Assembly: GCA_965205855.1 (NCBI GenBank)
Contig: OZ242184.1
Coordinates: 1,024,001 to 1,088,000, forward strand
DNA: 64,000 nucleotides
From: Thermodesulfobacteriota bacterium
GTDB lineage: Bacteria; Desulfobacterota_D; UBA1144; Nemesobacterales; Mycalebacteriaceae
Reading direction: 5' to 3'
The position numbers and the translations under genes are program-made. How positions within the stretch are numbered: position 1 is the stretch's first letter; each line of letters starts with the position of its first letter. The notes beneath the pieces were generated by a model. That model saw only the letters and a program-made list of their open reading frames with translations. It ran no database searches and had not been told where the DNA came from. Below are positions 31,380-41,167 of the stretch, piece after piece.

Positions 31380-32405
31380 TTAAATACCAAACGCTTCAAC
31401 GATTCTTTTTTGATACATAGTTACCTGTTCCGGCTCAAGATAGTAGTGCGGAGCGCTTAAAATTGGCAAATCCAAAATACCACGGTAATCACCAACCTTC
31501 TCCCTGCACTGGTCAACGGTGCCAACAATGGCAAAAGTCTCAAGCATATCGTCGCTCACATTCCGTATCATCCCCTCCACATCACCCTTAAAATAACATT
31601 CCCGTATTTTCTCCGCCTGACTCATAAAACCGTGAAGAAGAAACGGCTTCCAGTAGGTTTTAACAGTGGCGTAAAAAGCGACCGTGGCTTTTGCGGCTCT
31701 GCGGGCGGCGGGCAAATCGCCATATTTGCCGATAGCGCATGTAAAGATTGAGGAAACACAGAAATCCGAACGCTCACGGCCAGACTTTGAAAGCCCGTCG
31801 CTAAGGGCCGGCATAACGGTTTGTTTAATATACTTTTTTGAACAAACAACATGTCCGATATAACCGTCCGCTACCTCGGCGGACGCACGCGCCATGTTCT
31901 CCCCAACCGCCGCGAGAAATATCGGCACTTGCGTACGGACAGGCTCAAAAGGCCTTTTAAATCCCTTGATATTGATATTGTAATGATCACCCTCGTAAAC
32001 GACATCATTGCCGGTATGCGAGCGGGAAATCACGCGCCTTGTAATATCTATACACTCTTTTATTCTCGCAACGGGCTTGGAGTGAGGCTGGCCGTGCCAC
32101 ATCTCATTTGTCCTCTGCGCACCGGAGCCAAGCCCCAGTATCAGCCTTCCGTTTGAAAGTTCATCTAAATCCATTGCGCTTATGGCGGTAATCAGCGGGC
32201 TCCTGACAAACGCAAGCGCAACCGAGGTACCAATTTTTATTGTGGAAGTATGGGGAGCAATTGCCGCCAATTGCTGAAAAGCAGTTCTGTAAAGCTCGGT
32301 CGCCCATACGGAATGAAAACCCGCGCTTTCGGCGAATTTGGAAATGTCCACTATTTTTTCAAGGGAATGAGAATCAACTATAAGTCCGAGCGGGGGGTGT
32401 TTCAT
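31380..32405 (-). CDS. LLM-class flavin/F420-dependent oxidoreductase
   Basis: AESAGFHSVWATE, IGTSVALAFVRSP, LDELSNGRLILGLGSG, PIFLAAVG, AEVADG. Confidence 0.85.
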   Translation of the reverse strand: MKHPPLGLIVDSHSLEKIVDISKFAESAGFHSVWATELYRTAFQQLAAIAPHTSTIKIGTSVALAFVRSPLITAISAMDLDELSNGRLILGLGSGAQRTNEMWHGQPHSKPVARIKECIDITRRVISRSHTGNDVVYEGDHYNINIKGFKRPFEPVRTQVPIFLAAVGENMARASAEVADGYIGHVVCSKKYIKQTVMPALSDGLSKSGRERSDFCVSSIFTCAIGKYGDLPAARRAAKATVAFYATVKTYWKPFLLHGFMSQAEKIRECYFKGDVEGMIRNVSDDMLETFAIVGTVDQCREKVGDYRGILDLPILSAPHYYLEPEQVTMYQKRIVEAFGI

Positions 32406-32435
32406 TCTAAAAGGAAAACCGAAGGGAAAAAGAAC

Positions 32436-33059
32436 CTACTCGGTATCACCATCTTTTTTCCGTTCCTCCGCACCGGACTGCTGTTTGTTTTCTCCAGCGG
32501 GAGTCTCTTTTGCGACAACGGAGTCTTTGGCTTCTATCTGTTCCGGCTTCTTTTCTTTTGTTTCCCCTTTGGCAGAAGCAGAAACGGAACTCGTCTCCAC
32601 GGGTTTCTCTTCTTTTTTCAAAGGCGGCGCGGGCAGACTTGGCTTGCGCGGATTTTTCTTCTTGGATGAAGGGTTGTATTTTTCGGTTACAAGCTCTATG
32701 CGGGAAATGGGCGTCTGGTCTCCTCTGCGAAAGCCGAGGCTTATAATCCTTGAGTATCCGCCGGGGCGCTGCTTATACCTCTCCGCAATCTCCGTGAACA
32801 CCTTGCGCGCAATTTCTTTGTCTTTTAGATAACCGAAAATTTTTCTTTTGAAAGAAAGCCCGCCGTTTGAAGCGCCATCCTTGGCACCGTTTTTTGCGAG
32901 GGTAACAATTTTGTCCGTGACACGCTTGAGCTCCTTGGCTTTCGCATCGGTGGTTTTAATGCTTTCATGCCTGAAAAGCTCCGTTGCCATATTACGCAAC
33001 ATTGCCTTTCTGTGCTTGGTTGTTACGCCAAGTTTTCTTCCCAATCTTCTGTTTCTCAT
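32436..33059 (-). CDS. rplQ: 50S ribosomal protein L17 with long C-terminal extension
   Basis: RKLG...HRKAMLRNM, IKTTDAKAKE, RPGGYSRI, RRGD; follows rpoA. Confidence 0.95.
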   Translation of the reverse strand: MRNRRLGRKLGVTTKHRKAMLRNMATELFRHESIKTTDAKAKELKRVTDKIVTLAKNGAKDGASNGGLSFKRKIFGYLKDKEIARKVFTEIAERYKQRPGGYSRIISLGFRRGDQTPISRIELVTEKYNPSSKKKNPRKPSLPAPPLKKEEKPVETSSVSASAKGETKEKKPEQIEAKDSVVAKETPAGENKQQSGAEERKKDGDTE

Positions 33060-33086
33060 CGCATAATCTTCCCAAAGCGCAAAAGT

Positions 33087-34118
33087 CTATGACTTTGACT
33101 TGTTCCGGCTTTCTTTTACTCTTTCATAAATCTCCTGATTTATCTTCATATCAAGAGACATCGGCGGCGAAAGACTCTTCAGCCTTTCGTGCACATCTTC
33201 AAGCGAACTTTTCCCAAAGCTGGGGAGGTTGAGCAATTCACTCTCACTCTTCTGAATCAAATCTCCAACATATTCAATATTTGCACTGGTAAAGCAGTTC
33301 AAAGATCTGACGGAGAAATCCACTTCATCAAGAGGGGTAAAGAGAAATTCCTCATCGCCCTTAATTGCGTAATCGTCCTCACTCTCCTGCAGATCAAGCT
33401 CCTGCTCGTTAAAGTTGATAAACCCTTTGAGCTGGTGGGTAATTATCTTTGCCGTATAAGCTAGCGCATCCTCCGGGGGCAGAGAACCATCAGTCCACAC
33501 TTCAATCAAAAGGTTTTCATAGTCGGTTCTTCTGCCCACGCGTGCATTTTCAACAACGTAATTTACTTTTGTAACCGGAGAGAAAAAGGCATCAATCGGA
33601 AGATACCCCTCCCCCATTGAACGCAGGTTTTCCCTTTCTTCCACAGGCTGGTAGCCTCTGCCAGTTTCAATAACCAGACTCATTTCAAGATTTGTTTCAT
33701 CAGATACAGTCGCTATGAAATGCTCGCCGTTAAGCACCTCTACCTTGTTCGTTGATTTAATATCAGAGGCTCTGACTTCTCCGGGACCCTGGAAAGACAG
33801 CTCCACAATCTGAGCTTCGTTTGTATGAGTTTTGAAATTGACCCCTTTGAGATTGATAAGAATTTCGGCCACATCTTCAACAACCCCGGTAATGGAGGAA
33901 AATTCATGAAGAATGCCTTCTATTTTGACTGCGGTAATTGAAGAGCCTTGCAGTGAGGAAAGAAGAACTCTCCTGAGAGAGTTGCCAACCGTAACTCCGT
34001 AACCTCTCTCAAGCGGCTCAAAACTGAACTTCCCGTAAAAAGGTGTTGCAGTTTTGTCTTTTCTGACCACTTTTTTGGGTCTGACCAGCGATGTCCAATT
34101 ATTCTGAAAATTTTTCAA
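33087..34118 (-). CDS. rpoA: RNA polymerase alpha subunit
   Basis: EPLERGYGVTVGNSLRRVLLSS, ARVGRRTDY, SVRSLNC; start reset to TTG behind GGAGGA. Confidence 0.97.
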   Translation of the reverse strand: MKNFQNNWTSLVRPKKVVRKDKTATPFYGKFSFEPLERGYGVTVGNSLRRVLLSSLQGSSITAVKIEGILHEFSSITGVVEDVAEILINLKGVNFKTHTNEAQIVELSFQGPGEVRASDIKSTNKVEVLNGEHFIATVSDETNLEMSLVIETGRGYQPVEERENLRSMGEGYLPIDAFFSPVTKVNYVVENARVGRRTDYENLLIEVWTDGSLPPEDALAYTAKIITHQLKGFINFNEQELDLQESEDDYAIKGDEEFLFTPLDEVDFSVRSLNCFTSANIEYVGDLIQKSESELLNLPSFGKSSLEDVHERLKSLSPPMSLDMKINQEIYERVKESRNKSKS

Positions 34119-34158
34119 ATCCGTCCTCCGATTAAAAATTGCCGGGCATATTAGATGC

Positions 34159-34791
34159 CTATACCCTTGAGTAAAATTCAACAATCAAGTTTTCGCTAAT
34201 GGGAACTTGAACTTCTTCCCTTTCGGGAGACCTGCTCACGGTTCCCTTATATTTTTCCCTGTCCAAATTCAACCAGCCGGGAATGCCCTTTTTTTCAGAC
34301 AAACCCAGAGAGCGGTTTATGCTCGGCATTTTTCTACTCTGCTCCCGAACTTCAACAACACTTGAGGGGCTCACTCTGTAAGACGGTATGTCCACACGTC
34401 TGCTGTCAACGATTATGTGACCCAAATTCACGAGTTGGCGCGCCTCACTGCGAGACGAGGCAAATCCAAGCCTGAATATCACATTGTCAAGCCTTGTTTC
34501 AATAAGTGAAAGTAAAAGCGAACCGGTTACACCCTTTGTGCCAGCCGCTTCTTTGAAATATATCTTGAACTGACGCTCGGTCATTCCGTAAATTCTTTTG
34601 GCTTTCTGTTTCTCCCTGAGCCTTAATCCGTATTCTGTAACCCTTCTCCGTATCCTTTTCCCTTGCATACCGGGAGGATAGGGCTTCCTTTCAATGGCAC
34701 ATTTGCTTGTCATGCACCTTTCGCTCTTGAGAAATAGCTTTTCTCCTTCTCTTCTGCACAATTTGCAAACTGGACCCGTGTATCTGGCCAT
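34159..34791 (-). CDS. rpsD: 30S ribosomal protein S4 (four-Cys type)
   Basis: MARYTGPVCKLCRREG, LREKQK, RLDNVIFRLGF, IVEFYSR. Confidence 0.97.
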   Translation of the reverse strand: MARYTGPVCKLCRREGEKLFLKSERCMTSKCAIERKPYPPGMQGKRIRRRVTEYGLRLREKQKAKRIYGMTERQFKIYFKEAAGTKGVTGSLLLSLIETRLDNVIFRLGFASSRSEARQLVNLGHIIVDSRRVDIPSYRVSPSSVVEVREQSRKMPSINRSLGLSEKKGIPGWLNLDREKYKGTVSRSPEREEVQVPISENLIVEFYSRV

Positions 34792-34812
34792 TTTAAACTC
34801 TCCCTGTATCTC

Positions 34813-35199
34813 CTAAACTCTTCTCTTTCCCGGAGGCCTGCATCCGTTATGCGGGATTGGCGTCACATCTCTTATCGACGCGACCCTAAGCCCTGTGGCT
34901 TGAATGGACCTTATTGCCGACTCTCTTCCGGGACCAGGACCCTTAACATACACCCGCACGGCTTTCATACCCGAACTGAGAGCTTTTTTGGCGACATCCT
35001 CTGCCGCCACCTGAGCGGCAAACGGAGTTCCCTTCCGTGTACCCTTAAACCCTCTTGCTCCTCCGCTTGACCATGCAATTACGTCTCCTTGAGGGTCGGC
35101 TATCGTAATAATTGTGTTGCTGAAGGTGGCGTGTATACTGACCAATCCCTCCTCAACAGACCTTTTTATCTTTCTTTTTGTTCCTTTCGTTGCCATCAA
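34813..35199 (-). CDS. rpsK: 30S ribosomal protein S11
   Basis: [31 protein letters not shown]. Confidence 0.97.
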   Translation of the reverse strand: MMATKGTKRKIKRSVEEGLVSIHATFSNTIITIADPQGDVIAWSSGGARGFKGTRKGTPFAAQVAAEDVAKKALSSGMKAVRVYVKGPGPGRESAIRSIQATGLRVASIRDVTPIPHNGCRPPGKRRV

Positions 35200-35214
35200 C
35201 TTCCCCTTGTCGTA

Positions 35215-35598
35215 CTATTTCTTGCCCGCCTTTTTCTTTTTCGCTATCGCGGTTCCGCGAGGTCCCTTTCTTGTTCTGGCATTTGCCTTTGTCTTCTGCC
35301 CGCGCACGGGAAGTCCATTACGGTGTCTTATTCCCCTGTAGCAACCAATTTCAACCAGACGCTTGATATTCATCTGGATATCTTTGCGCAAATCTCCCTC
35401 AACAACGAGGTTCTTTTCTATAAACAACCTTATGTCCGCAACTTCTTTATCATTCAGTTCTTTGGACCTCTTTTTTGGGTCTATTTTCAAAGAACCTACT
35501 ATGTTGCAAGCGGTTGTTCTGCCTATCCCGTATATGTAGGTCAGGGCAAACTCCACTCTCTTTTCCAAAGGAATATCCACACCAGCTATTCTTGGCAT
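35215..35598 (-). CDS. rpsM: 30S ribosomal protein S13
   Basis: [30 protein letters not shown]. Confidence 0.97.
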   Translation of the reverse strand: MPRIAGVDIPLEKRVEFALTYIYGIGRTTACNIVGSLKIDPKKRSKELNDKEVADIRLFIEKNLVVEGDLRKDIQMNIKRLVEIGCYRGIRHRNGLPVRGQKTKANARTRKGPRGTAIAKKKKAGKK

Positions 35599-35607
35599 AT
35601 TCTTTTC

Positions 35608-35721
35608 CTACCCCTGCCTCTGCTTGCAACGTTTATTGACACAGATAACTCTCACGACTCCTCTGCGCTTTATAATCCTGCACTTGTTGCAAATTTTTTT
35701 TACCGACGATCTTACCTTCAA
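35608..35721 (-). CDS. rpmJ: 50S ribosomal protein L36 (not in ORF track)
   Basis: Manual translation from TTG: [37 protein letters not shown]; between infA and rpsM. Confidence 0.95.
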   Translation of the reverse strand: MKVRSSVKKICNKCRIIKRRGVVRVICVNKRCKQRQG

Positions 35722-35960
35722 CTTACCCTCTCCGTTCTCACCCTGTACGTAATCCTGCCTCTCGACAAGTCATACGGAGAAATCTGAATTTTCACTTTGT
35801 CTCCGGGGACAATTCTCACAAACCTTGAACGAGCTCTCCTCATTTTCCCAGAAACATATGCCAAAACTCTGGACCCGTTCTTCATTTCAACCCTGAACAT
35901 AGCATTGGGCAAAGCCTCAACAACCGTTCCCTCAAATTCAACTGCATCGCCTTTTGACAT
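35718..35960 (-). CDS. infA: Translation initiation factor IF-1
   Basis: [33 protein letters not shown]. Confidence 0.97.
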   Translation of the reverse strand: MSKGDAVEFEGTVVEALPNAMFRVEMKNGSRVLAYVSGKMRRARSRFVRIVPGDKVKIQISPYDLSRGRITYRVRTERVS

Positions 35961-35984
35961 TAATTCTCTCTTTTTTTCAACCGC

Positions 35985-36746
35985 TCAATTCAAACTTGTG
36001 AGCACTTCGGGACCATTCTCGGTTATTGCCACCGTATGCTCAAAATGAGCGGACAGTTTACCATCACTTGTCACAACAGTCCAATTATCCGGCAAAGTTT
36101 TTATATCAGCCACACCCTCATTGACCATCGGTTCTATTGCCAAAGCCATGCCCGGACGCAGGATTGGACCTCCCCCCGCGCCTTGCGGAGGAACAAAATT
36201 AGGCACTTGAGGCTCCTCGTGCAGTTTTTCCCCTATGCCATGTCCCACAAAAGCTCTGACGACTGAAAAACCCCTTTTTTCAACATATGTCTGTATTGCC
36301 TCTGATATTTCATAAAGCCGCATTGAAGAATACGCCTTTCGAATGCCTGTCTCAAGAGCATTTCTTGCGGTTTCAAGAAGTCTCTCCGCCTGTGGCGTAA
36401 TACGACCTATCGGAACGGTTATCGCGGAATCTCCGTAAAAACCCCCCATGAAAGCCCCGAAATCCATCCCCACAATGTCGCCTTCCCGAAGAATTCTGTC
36501 TTTTGACGGAATGCCGTGAACAATCTCATCGTTGACCGCAACGCAGAGCGAACACGGGAAATTCATATATCCTTTAAAAGCGGGTCTTGCCGAACGTTTT
36601 GCCGCAATCTCCTCGGCAATACGGTTCAACTCCCATGTGGAAATACCCTCGCAAGCGGTTTGACTGAGTTTTTCAAGAACCTCGGAAACAACCGAAGCGG
36701 CGGCCTTCATACCTTCCACTTTTTTCTTTACTTCAACAGCTGTCAT
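35985..36746 (-). CDS. map: Methionine aminopeptidase type I
   Basis: VNDEIVHGIP, GDSAIT, GHGIG...HEEP, AIEPM, SAHFEHT. Confidence 0.96.
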   Translation of the reverse strand: MTAVEVKKKVEGMKAAASVVSEVLEKLSQTACEGISTWELNRIAEEIAAKRSARPAFKGYMNFPCSLCVAVNDEIVHGIPSKDRILREGDIVGMDFGAFMGGFYGDSAITVPIGRITPQAERLLETARNALETGIRKAYSSMRLYEISEAIQTYVEKRGFSVVRAFVGHGIGEKLHEEPQVPNFVPPQGAGGGPILRPGMALAIEPMVNEGVADIKTLPDNWTVVTSDGKLSAHFEHTVAITENGPEVLTSLN

Positions 36747-36750
36747 TTTT

Positions 36751-37314
36751 CTAAATCTCCGAAACCGTCGTATTGATTCTCTCCTTTACATCATCAACTT
36801 TGCCAGTTCCGTCTATATTATGCAAAACACCCCTTGAATTGTAATAATCGGCGAGAGGAAGCGTCTGCTTGCGGTAAACTTCAAGCCTGTTGCGTATAAC
36901 ACCCTCATTATCGTCATCACGCCCTTCTATATCCGCCCTCTTCAAAAGTCTCTTGACCAATTCGTCTTCATTCACTTCAAGTGATAAAACGGCGTCTATG
37001 AAAATTTGCTGGTTTTCAAGCATATCATTAAGGGCGCGTGCCTGTTCTACTGTTCTTGGAAAGCCGTCCAGAAGAAATCCCTTTCCGTCCAATTCCCTGA
37101 TTTTCTCCCTGATAATATTAACCACGACTTCATCCGGAACAAGGTCTCCCTTGTCCATGTAACTTTTTGCCATCATTCCGGTTTCTGTTTTTCTTCTCAC
37201 CGCGTCCCGAAGCAAATTGCCCGTGGAAATGTGCTCTGTACCATGAAAGTTGACTATAAAATCGGCTTGCGTTCCTTTACCCGCGCCCGGAGGTCCGAAT
37301 ATTATCAAGTTCAT
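36751..37314 (-). CDS. adk: Adenylate kinase (short LID type)
   Basis: GPPGAGKGTQ, LVPD, LLDGFPRT, GRDDD. Confidence 0.96.
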   Translation of the reverse strand: MNLIIFGPPGAGKGTQADFIVNFHGTEHISTGNLLRDAVRRKTETGMMAKSYMDKGDLVPDEVVVNIIREKIRELDGKGFLLDGFPRTVEQARALNDMLENQQIFIDAVLSLEVNEDELVKRLLKRADIEGRDDDNEGVIRNRLEVYRKQTLPLADYYNSRGVLHNIDGTGKVDDVKERINTTVSEI

Positions 37315-37339
37315 ATTTTCTCCCAGAAATTGTTGGAAA

Positions 37340-38659
37340 TTAAAAACGTCTCCTGCGCCGCGTACTCTGGTTTTTTCCGCGCCTCACACCCGCAGTTGAA
37401 AATGACTCGTAGTTACGTGTTATCACGAAAGACTGAACACGCTGCATAAAATCAAGAGTTACCCCTATAATAATAAGAAGTGAAGTCCCCCCGAAATAAA
37501 AGGGCAGGTTGAAAGGGTCTCTCTGAAGAAAACTCGGAAGAACACACACTGCAACAAGATATATTGAGCCTATAAGGGTTATTCTGTTCAAAATTGATCC
37601 TATGTATTCGGTGGTTTTCTGTCCGGGTCTTATACCGGGAATATTTGCTCCATTGTTTTTAATATTGTCCGCAAGATCCGCGGGGTCATAGACAATTCCT
37701 GTGTAGAAAAAAGAGAAAAACACAATAAGCGCCGCAAACGCGATGTTATAGATAAAGGGATTCTGAAGCACCTGCTCGGAAACCGTTCTGATAAAAGGCG
37801 TGTCCGTAACCGCAAGTATTGTCGCCGGGAATATAAGCAAAGAAGACGCAAATATTGGAGGAATAACTCCCGAAGGGTTTATCTTCAGCGGGAGATGCGT
37901 GGCCTGCCCTTCCATTATTTTTCTTCCCACAACCTTCCGGGGATGCTGAATTGGGATTTTTCTGGAAGCAGTTTCAACATAAACTATCACTCCCATTATA
38001 AAAACGAGAAGAGCTAATATCAGAAGCATACCGAACAAGGTTATGTCTCCAGCCTTCACAATCCTTGCCATATTCCACAAGGCACCCGGAATTCCGGCAA
38101 GAATGGACATGGTAATTATCAGGGAAACTCCATTTCCAATGCCCTTTTCCGATATCTGCTCTCCCAACCACATAACAAGCATTGAACCGGAAGTAAGGGT
38201 AAGAATAGTACTCAGTCGAAACCCCAGCCCCGGTGTTTCGGAGGCTCCGGCTTCAAGAGCAAGGGTCAGCACGGTCGCCTGAATCACAGATATGGGAACA
38301 GTGCCGTAACGCGAGTATTGATTTATCTTTCTTCTTCCGGCCTGACCCTCTTCCTTCTGCAAAGCCTCAAGCGAAGGAACAGCCTTCACCATAAGGGACA
38401 TAAGAATTGAAGCTGTAATGTAGGGAATTACTCCGAGGGCAAAAATAGAAGCCTGTTCAAGGGCACCGCCAGAAAAAATGTTGAATATGTCAAATACGGT
38501 TCCACTCGTCCTCTCAAACAGTTTCTGAACCTGATCCGGAGATATTCCGGGAACGGGAATGAAAACTCCCAGTCTGTAAACAAGCAGTATGAAAAGTGTA
38601 AAAAGCAGTCTTCTATTCAGTTCGGGAATACGGGGAATGCCCGAAGAAGGAGCACTCAT
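37340..38659 (-). CDS. secY: Preprotein translocase SecY
   Basis: IFALGVIPYITASI, WLGEQISEKGIGNGVSL, GVIPPIFASS, IPGIRPG, FGGTSLLI. Confidence 0.97.
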   Translation of the reverse strand: MSAPSSGIPRIPELNRRLLFTLFILLVYRLGVFIPVPGISPDQVQKLFERTSGTVFDIFNIFSGGALEQASIFALGVIPYITASILMSLMVKAVPSLEALQKEEGQAGRRKINQYSRYGTVPISVIQATVLTLALEAGASETPGLGFRLSTILTLTSGSMLVMWLGEQISEKGIGNGVSLIITMSILAGIPGALWNMARIVKAGDITLFGMLLILALLVFIMGVIVYVETASRKIPIQHPRKVVGRKIMEGQATHLPLKINPSGVIPPIFASSLLIFPATILAVTDTPFIRTVSEQVLQNPFIYNIAFAALIVFFSFFYTGIVYDPADLADNIKNNGANIPGIRPGQKTTEYIGSILNRITLIGSIYLVAVCVLPSFLQRDPFNLPFYFGGTSLLIIIGVTLDFMQRVQSFVITRNYESFSTAGVRRGKNQSTRRRRRF

Positions 38660-39087
38660 ACAATCTCCACCTTACCGCCCGAGCGTTCTATTTTTTCCCT
38701 TGAAGACACACTTGCGGCATTAACCTTTAGAGTCAGTTTCTTGTCAATATCTCCGTTTCCGAGAAGCTTGACTGGGCGTTTGCCACTTATAAGGTTTTCT
38801 CGGACAAAGGCATCCGCATCCACGGTTGCCCCATCTTCAAAGCGTTCAAGCGTTTTGAGATTGATGATATCGTAGCAGGTTTTGAACCTGTTTTTGAATC
38901 CTCTTTTGGGAATCCTCATTTTGAGGGGGGTCTGCCCACCCTCAAACCATATGGAAACACCTTTCCCGGCTCTGGAGCCCTGCCCATTCTGTCCGCGTCC
39001 GGATGTTTTTCCTTTTGAACCGGGGCCTCTTCCCACTCTCTGGCGGGACTTTGCTGAACCAGCGGGTTTCGGCAATCTGTCAAGCAT
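38656..39087 (-). CDS. rplO: 50S ribosomal protein L15
   Basis: RVGRGPGSKGKTSGRG, FEGGQTPL, PKRGF. Confidence 0.97.
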   Translation of the reverse strand: MLDRLPKPAGSAKSRQRVGRGPGSKGKTSGRGQNGQGSRAGKGVSIWFEGGQTPLKMRIPKRGFKNRFKTCYDIINLKTLERFEDGATVDADAFVRENLISGKRPVKLLGNGDIDKKLTLKVNAASVSSREKIERSGGKVEIV

Positions 39088-39098
39088 TTAATAAAACC

Positions 39099-39623
39099 TC
39101 AAATTTTGTAGTATGGAGGAAGGTCCAAATCCGACACTTCTCTTTCCCGAAACAGGGCGACCTGTTCGGGAAGCGCCAGCTGTGAAAGGGCTTGTATAAC
39201 CGCCGCCACAACATTAACCGGATTTCTTGAACCAACAACCTTGGTAAGAATATCGTGAATACCAGCAAGGTCGGCGACCGCGCGCACGGCCCCGCCCGCG
39301 ATAACTCCCGTTCCCGGAGCGGCGGGCAGAAGCATAACGCGGCTTGATGAACTCTCAAATGAAACTTCATGCGGTATCGTTGAGCCACGCAAGGCAATCT
39401 TTATAAGATTTTTTCTGGCCTTGTCCGTTCCTTTCTTTATGGCGCTTGGCACTTCGTTTGACTTGCCCAGCCCGTAGCCGACCACGCCGCTTCCATTACC
39501 CACAATTGTCATTGCGGTGAAATGAAAACGCTTTCCGCCCTTTGTAACCTTTGAGACACGCCTTATGTCCACGACTTTCTCTTCAAGATCAAGCCCGGAA
39601 GGGTCCACAAATGAGGACTTCAA
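39099..39623 (-). CDS. rpsE: 30S ribosomal protein S5
   Basis: RVSKVTKGGKRF, PAAPGTGVIAGG, GSRNP; exact start uncertain. Confidence 0.95.
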   Translation of the reverse strand: MKSSFVDPSGLDLEEKVVDIRRVSKVTKGGKRFHFTAMTIVGNGSGVVGYGLGKSNEVPSAIKKGTDKARKNLIKIALRGSTIPHEVSFESSSSRVMLLPAAPGTGVIAGGAVRAVADLAGIHDILTKVVGSRNPVNVVAAVIQALSQLALPEQVALFREREVSDLDLPPYYKI

Positions 39624-39645
39624 CACCAAACCACCGTTATCACTG

Positions 39646-40011
39646 TTAGAATTCAAGACCTTTCTCCCTAAGACCGTCGGCAAGAGATCTCACCCTTCCG
39701 TGAAAAGGGTAACCTCCCCTGTCAAAAGCCACTTTTTTCAGACCGCCGGCAACTGATATCTGTCCGAGGTATTCTCCCACGGCCTTTGCCTGCTCCACTT
39801 TTGAAACTTTCTCCCCGATGCTTTTTCTCACCTCAGGTGTCAGGGAAGATGCGGCAAAAATTGTGGTCCCCGCTTTATCGTTCACCACCTGAGCATAAAT
39901 GTGTCTTGCGGATTTAAAAACACACAGTCTGGGAATATCCGCAGTTCCAGATATTTTTTTTCTTATCCTTCTGTGTCTACTGTTTCTCAGAGTTTTTCTA
40001 TCCTTGATCAT
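39646..40011 (-). CDS. rplR: 50S ribosomal protein L18
   Basis: RIRKKISGT, PRLCVFKS, HIYAQ, FDRGGYPFHGRV. Confidence 0.97.
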   Translation of the reverse strand: MIKDRKTLRNSRHRRIRKKISGTADIPRLCVFKSARHIYAQVVNDKAGTTIFAASSLTPEVRKSIGEKVSKVEQAKAVGEYLGQISVAGGLKKVAFDRGGYPFHGRVRSLADGLREKGLEF

Positions 40012-40559
40012 TTCTTCGCACCCGACTTGCCCGGTTTGAGTTTTATGTCTTCGTCCGCAAACCTCACGCCTTTGCCTTTATATGAATCCGGCTGACGAAG
40101 TCTTCTTATCCTTGCCGCAACCTCGCCCACAACCTGTTTGTCAATCCCCTCAAGGGTAAGTTTTGTTCCACGGCTTTCAACTTTGGCGGCAACTCCTTCG
40201 GGAATGGAAAAATTAATGTGGTGGGAATAACCAAGAGACATTTTCAACCCGTTTTTTCCGGAAAGCTCGGCTTTATATCCCGTTCCTTTTATTTCAAGCA
40301 TTCTGGCAAACCCATCGGTAACACCCTGAACGGAGTTCGCTATAAGCATCCTCACAAGACCATGAGATGCTTTCACCCCTTTTGCGCCGCCATCTTCTAT
40401 CTTTACATTAACAACTCCGTCCCCTATCTCTATACGCACCCCGTTGGGAATCGTTACGGGAAGTTCACCCTTGGGGCCTTTGATGCTTAGCAGATTGCCC
40501 GAAAGATTAACATCAACTTTTTCTGGCAAACGCACGGGTTTGTTTCCTATTCTTGACAT
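40008..40559 (-). CDS. rplF: 50S ribosomal protein L6
   Basis: MSRIGNKP, GPKGEL, LGYSH, PDSYKGKGV. Confidence 0.97.
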   Translation of the reverse strand: MSRIGNKPVRLPEKVDVNLSGNLLSIKGPKGELPVTIPNGVRIEIGDGVVNVKIEDGGAKGVKASHGLVRMLIANSVQGVTDGFARMLEIKGTGYKAELSGKNGLKMSLGYSHHINFSIPEGVAAKVESRGTKLTLEGIDKQVVGEVAARIRRLRQPDSYKGKGVRFADEDIKLKPGKSGAKK

Positions 40560-40567
40560 ATTACCAC

Positions 40568-40960
40568 TCACACCACAGTGCAGATAACCTCTCCGCCTAT
40601 GCCCATGTTTCTTGCACTGCGTCCGGTCATTACACCTTTTGAGGTTGAGAGTATAGCCGTTCCGATTCCCGTAACAACACGGGGAATCGCATTCCTACCC
40701 ACATATACCCTCCCGCTGGGCTTGCTCATCCTTTCAAATTTTTTGATTCCGGGAATGCCTTCGGGTGAATATTTTAGTTTGACTGCAATCTTCTTTTCCA
40801 CTCCCTCGCCGGAAATCTCAAAATCCAGAATATATCCCTCTTCCTTCAAGATTTTTAATATCTCGTATTTAATATTGGAATGGGGAATTGCCGCTTTTTG
40901 ATGCCCAGCCATAAGGGCATTTCTTATTCTCGCAAGCATATCGGCTATTGGATCAGTCAT
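40568..40960 (-). CDS. rpsH: 30S ribosomal protein S8
   Basis: MTDPIADMLARIRNA, SKPSGRVY, STSKGVMT, GGEV. Confidence 0.97.
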   Translation of the reverse strand: MTDPIADMLARIRNALMAGHQKAAIPHSNIKYEILKILKEEGYILDFEISGEGVEKKIAVKLKYSPEGIPGIKKFERMSKPSGRVYVGRNAIPRVVTGIGTAILSTSKGVMTGRSARNMGIGGEVICTVV

Positions 40961-40981
40961 TTTTCCTCCGTTTCGACAAAG

Positions 40982-41167
40982 CTAGAAACTTGCTTTTCTC
41001 ACTCCCATAATTTCACCGCGGCTTGCAAGCTCTCTAAAGCACAGCCTGCATATGCCGAACTGTCTTATAAACGCCCTCGGTCTCCCGCACAGGGAACAAC
41101 GGTTCATTTTTCTGACTTTGTATTTCTGTTTTTTCGTTGATTTTTCCCAAAGCGCTTTTCTGGCCAT
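40982..41167 (-). CDS. rpsN: 30S ribosomal protein S14 type Z
   Basis: 61 aa, RCSLCGRPR...CRLCFRE. Confidence 0.96.
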   Translation of the reverse strand: MARKALWEKSTKKQKYKVRKMNRCSLCGRPRAFIRQFGICRLCFRELASRGEIMGVRKASF

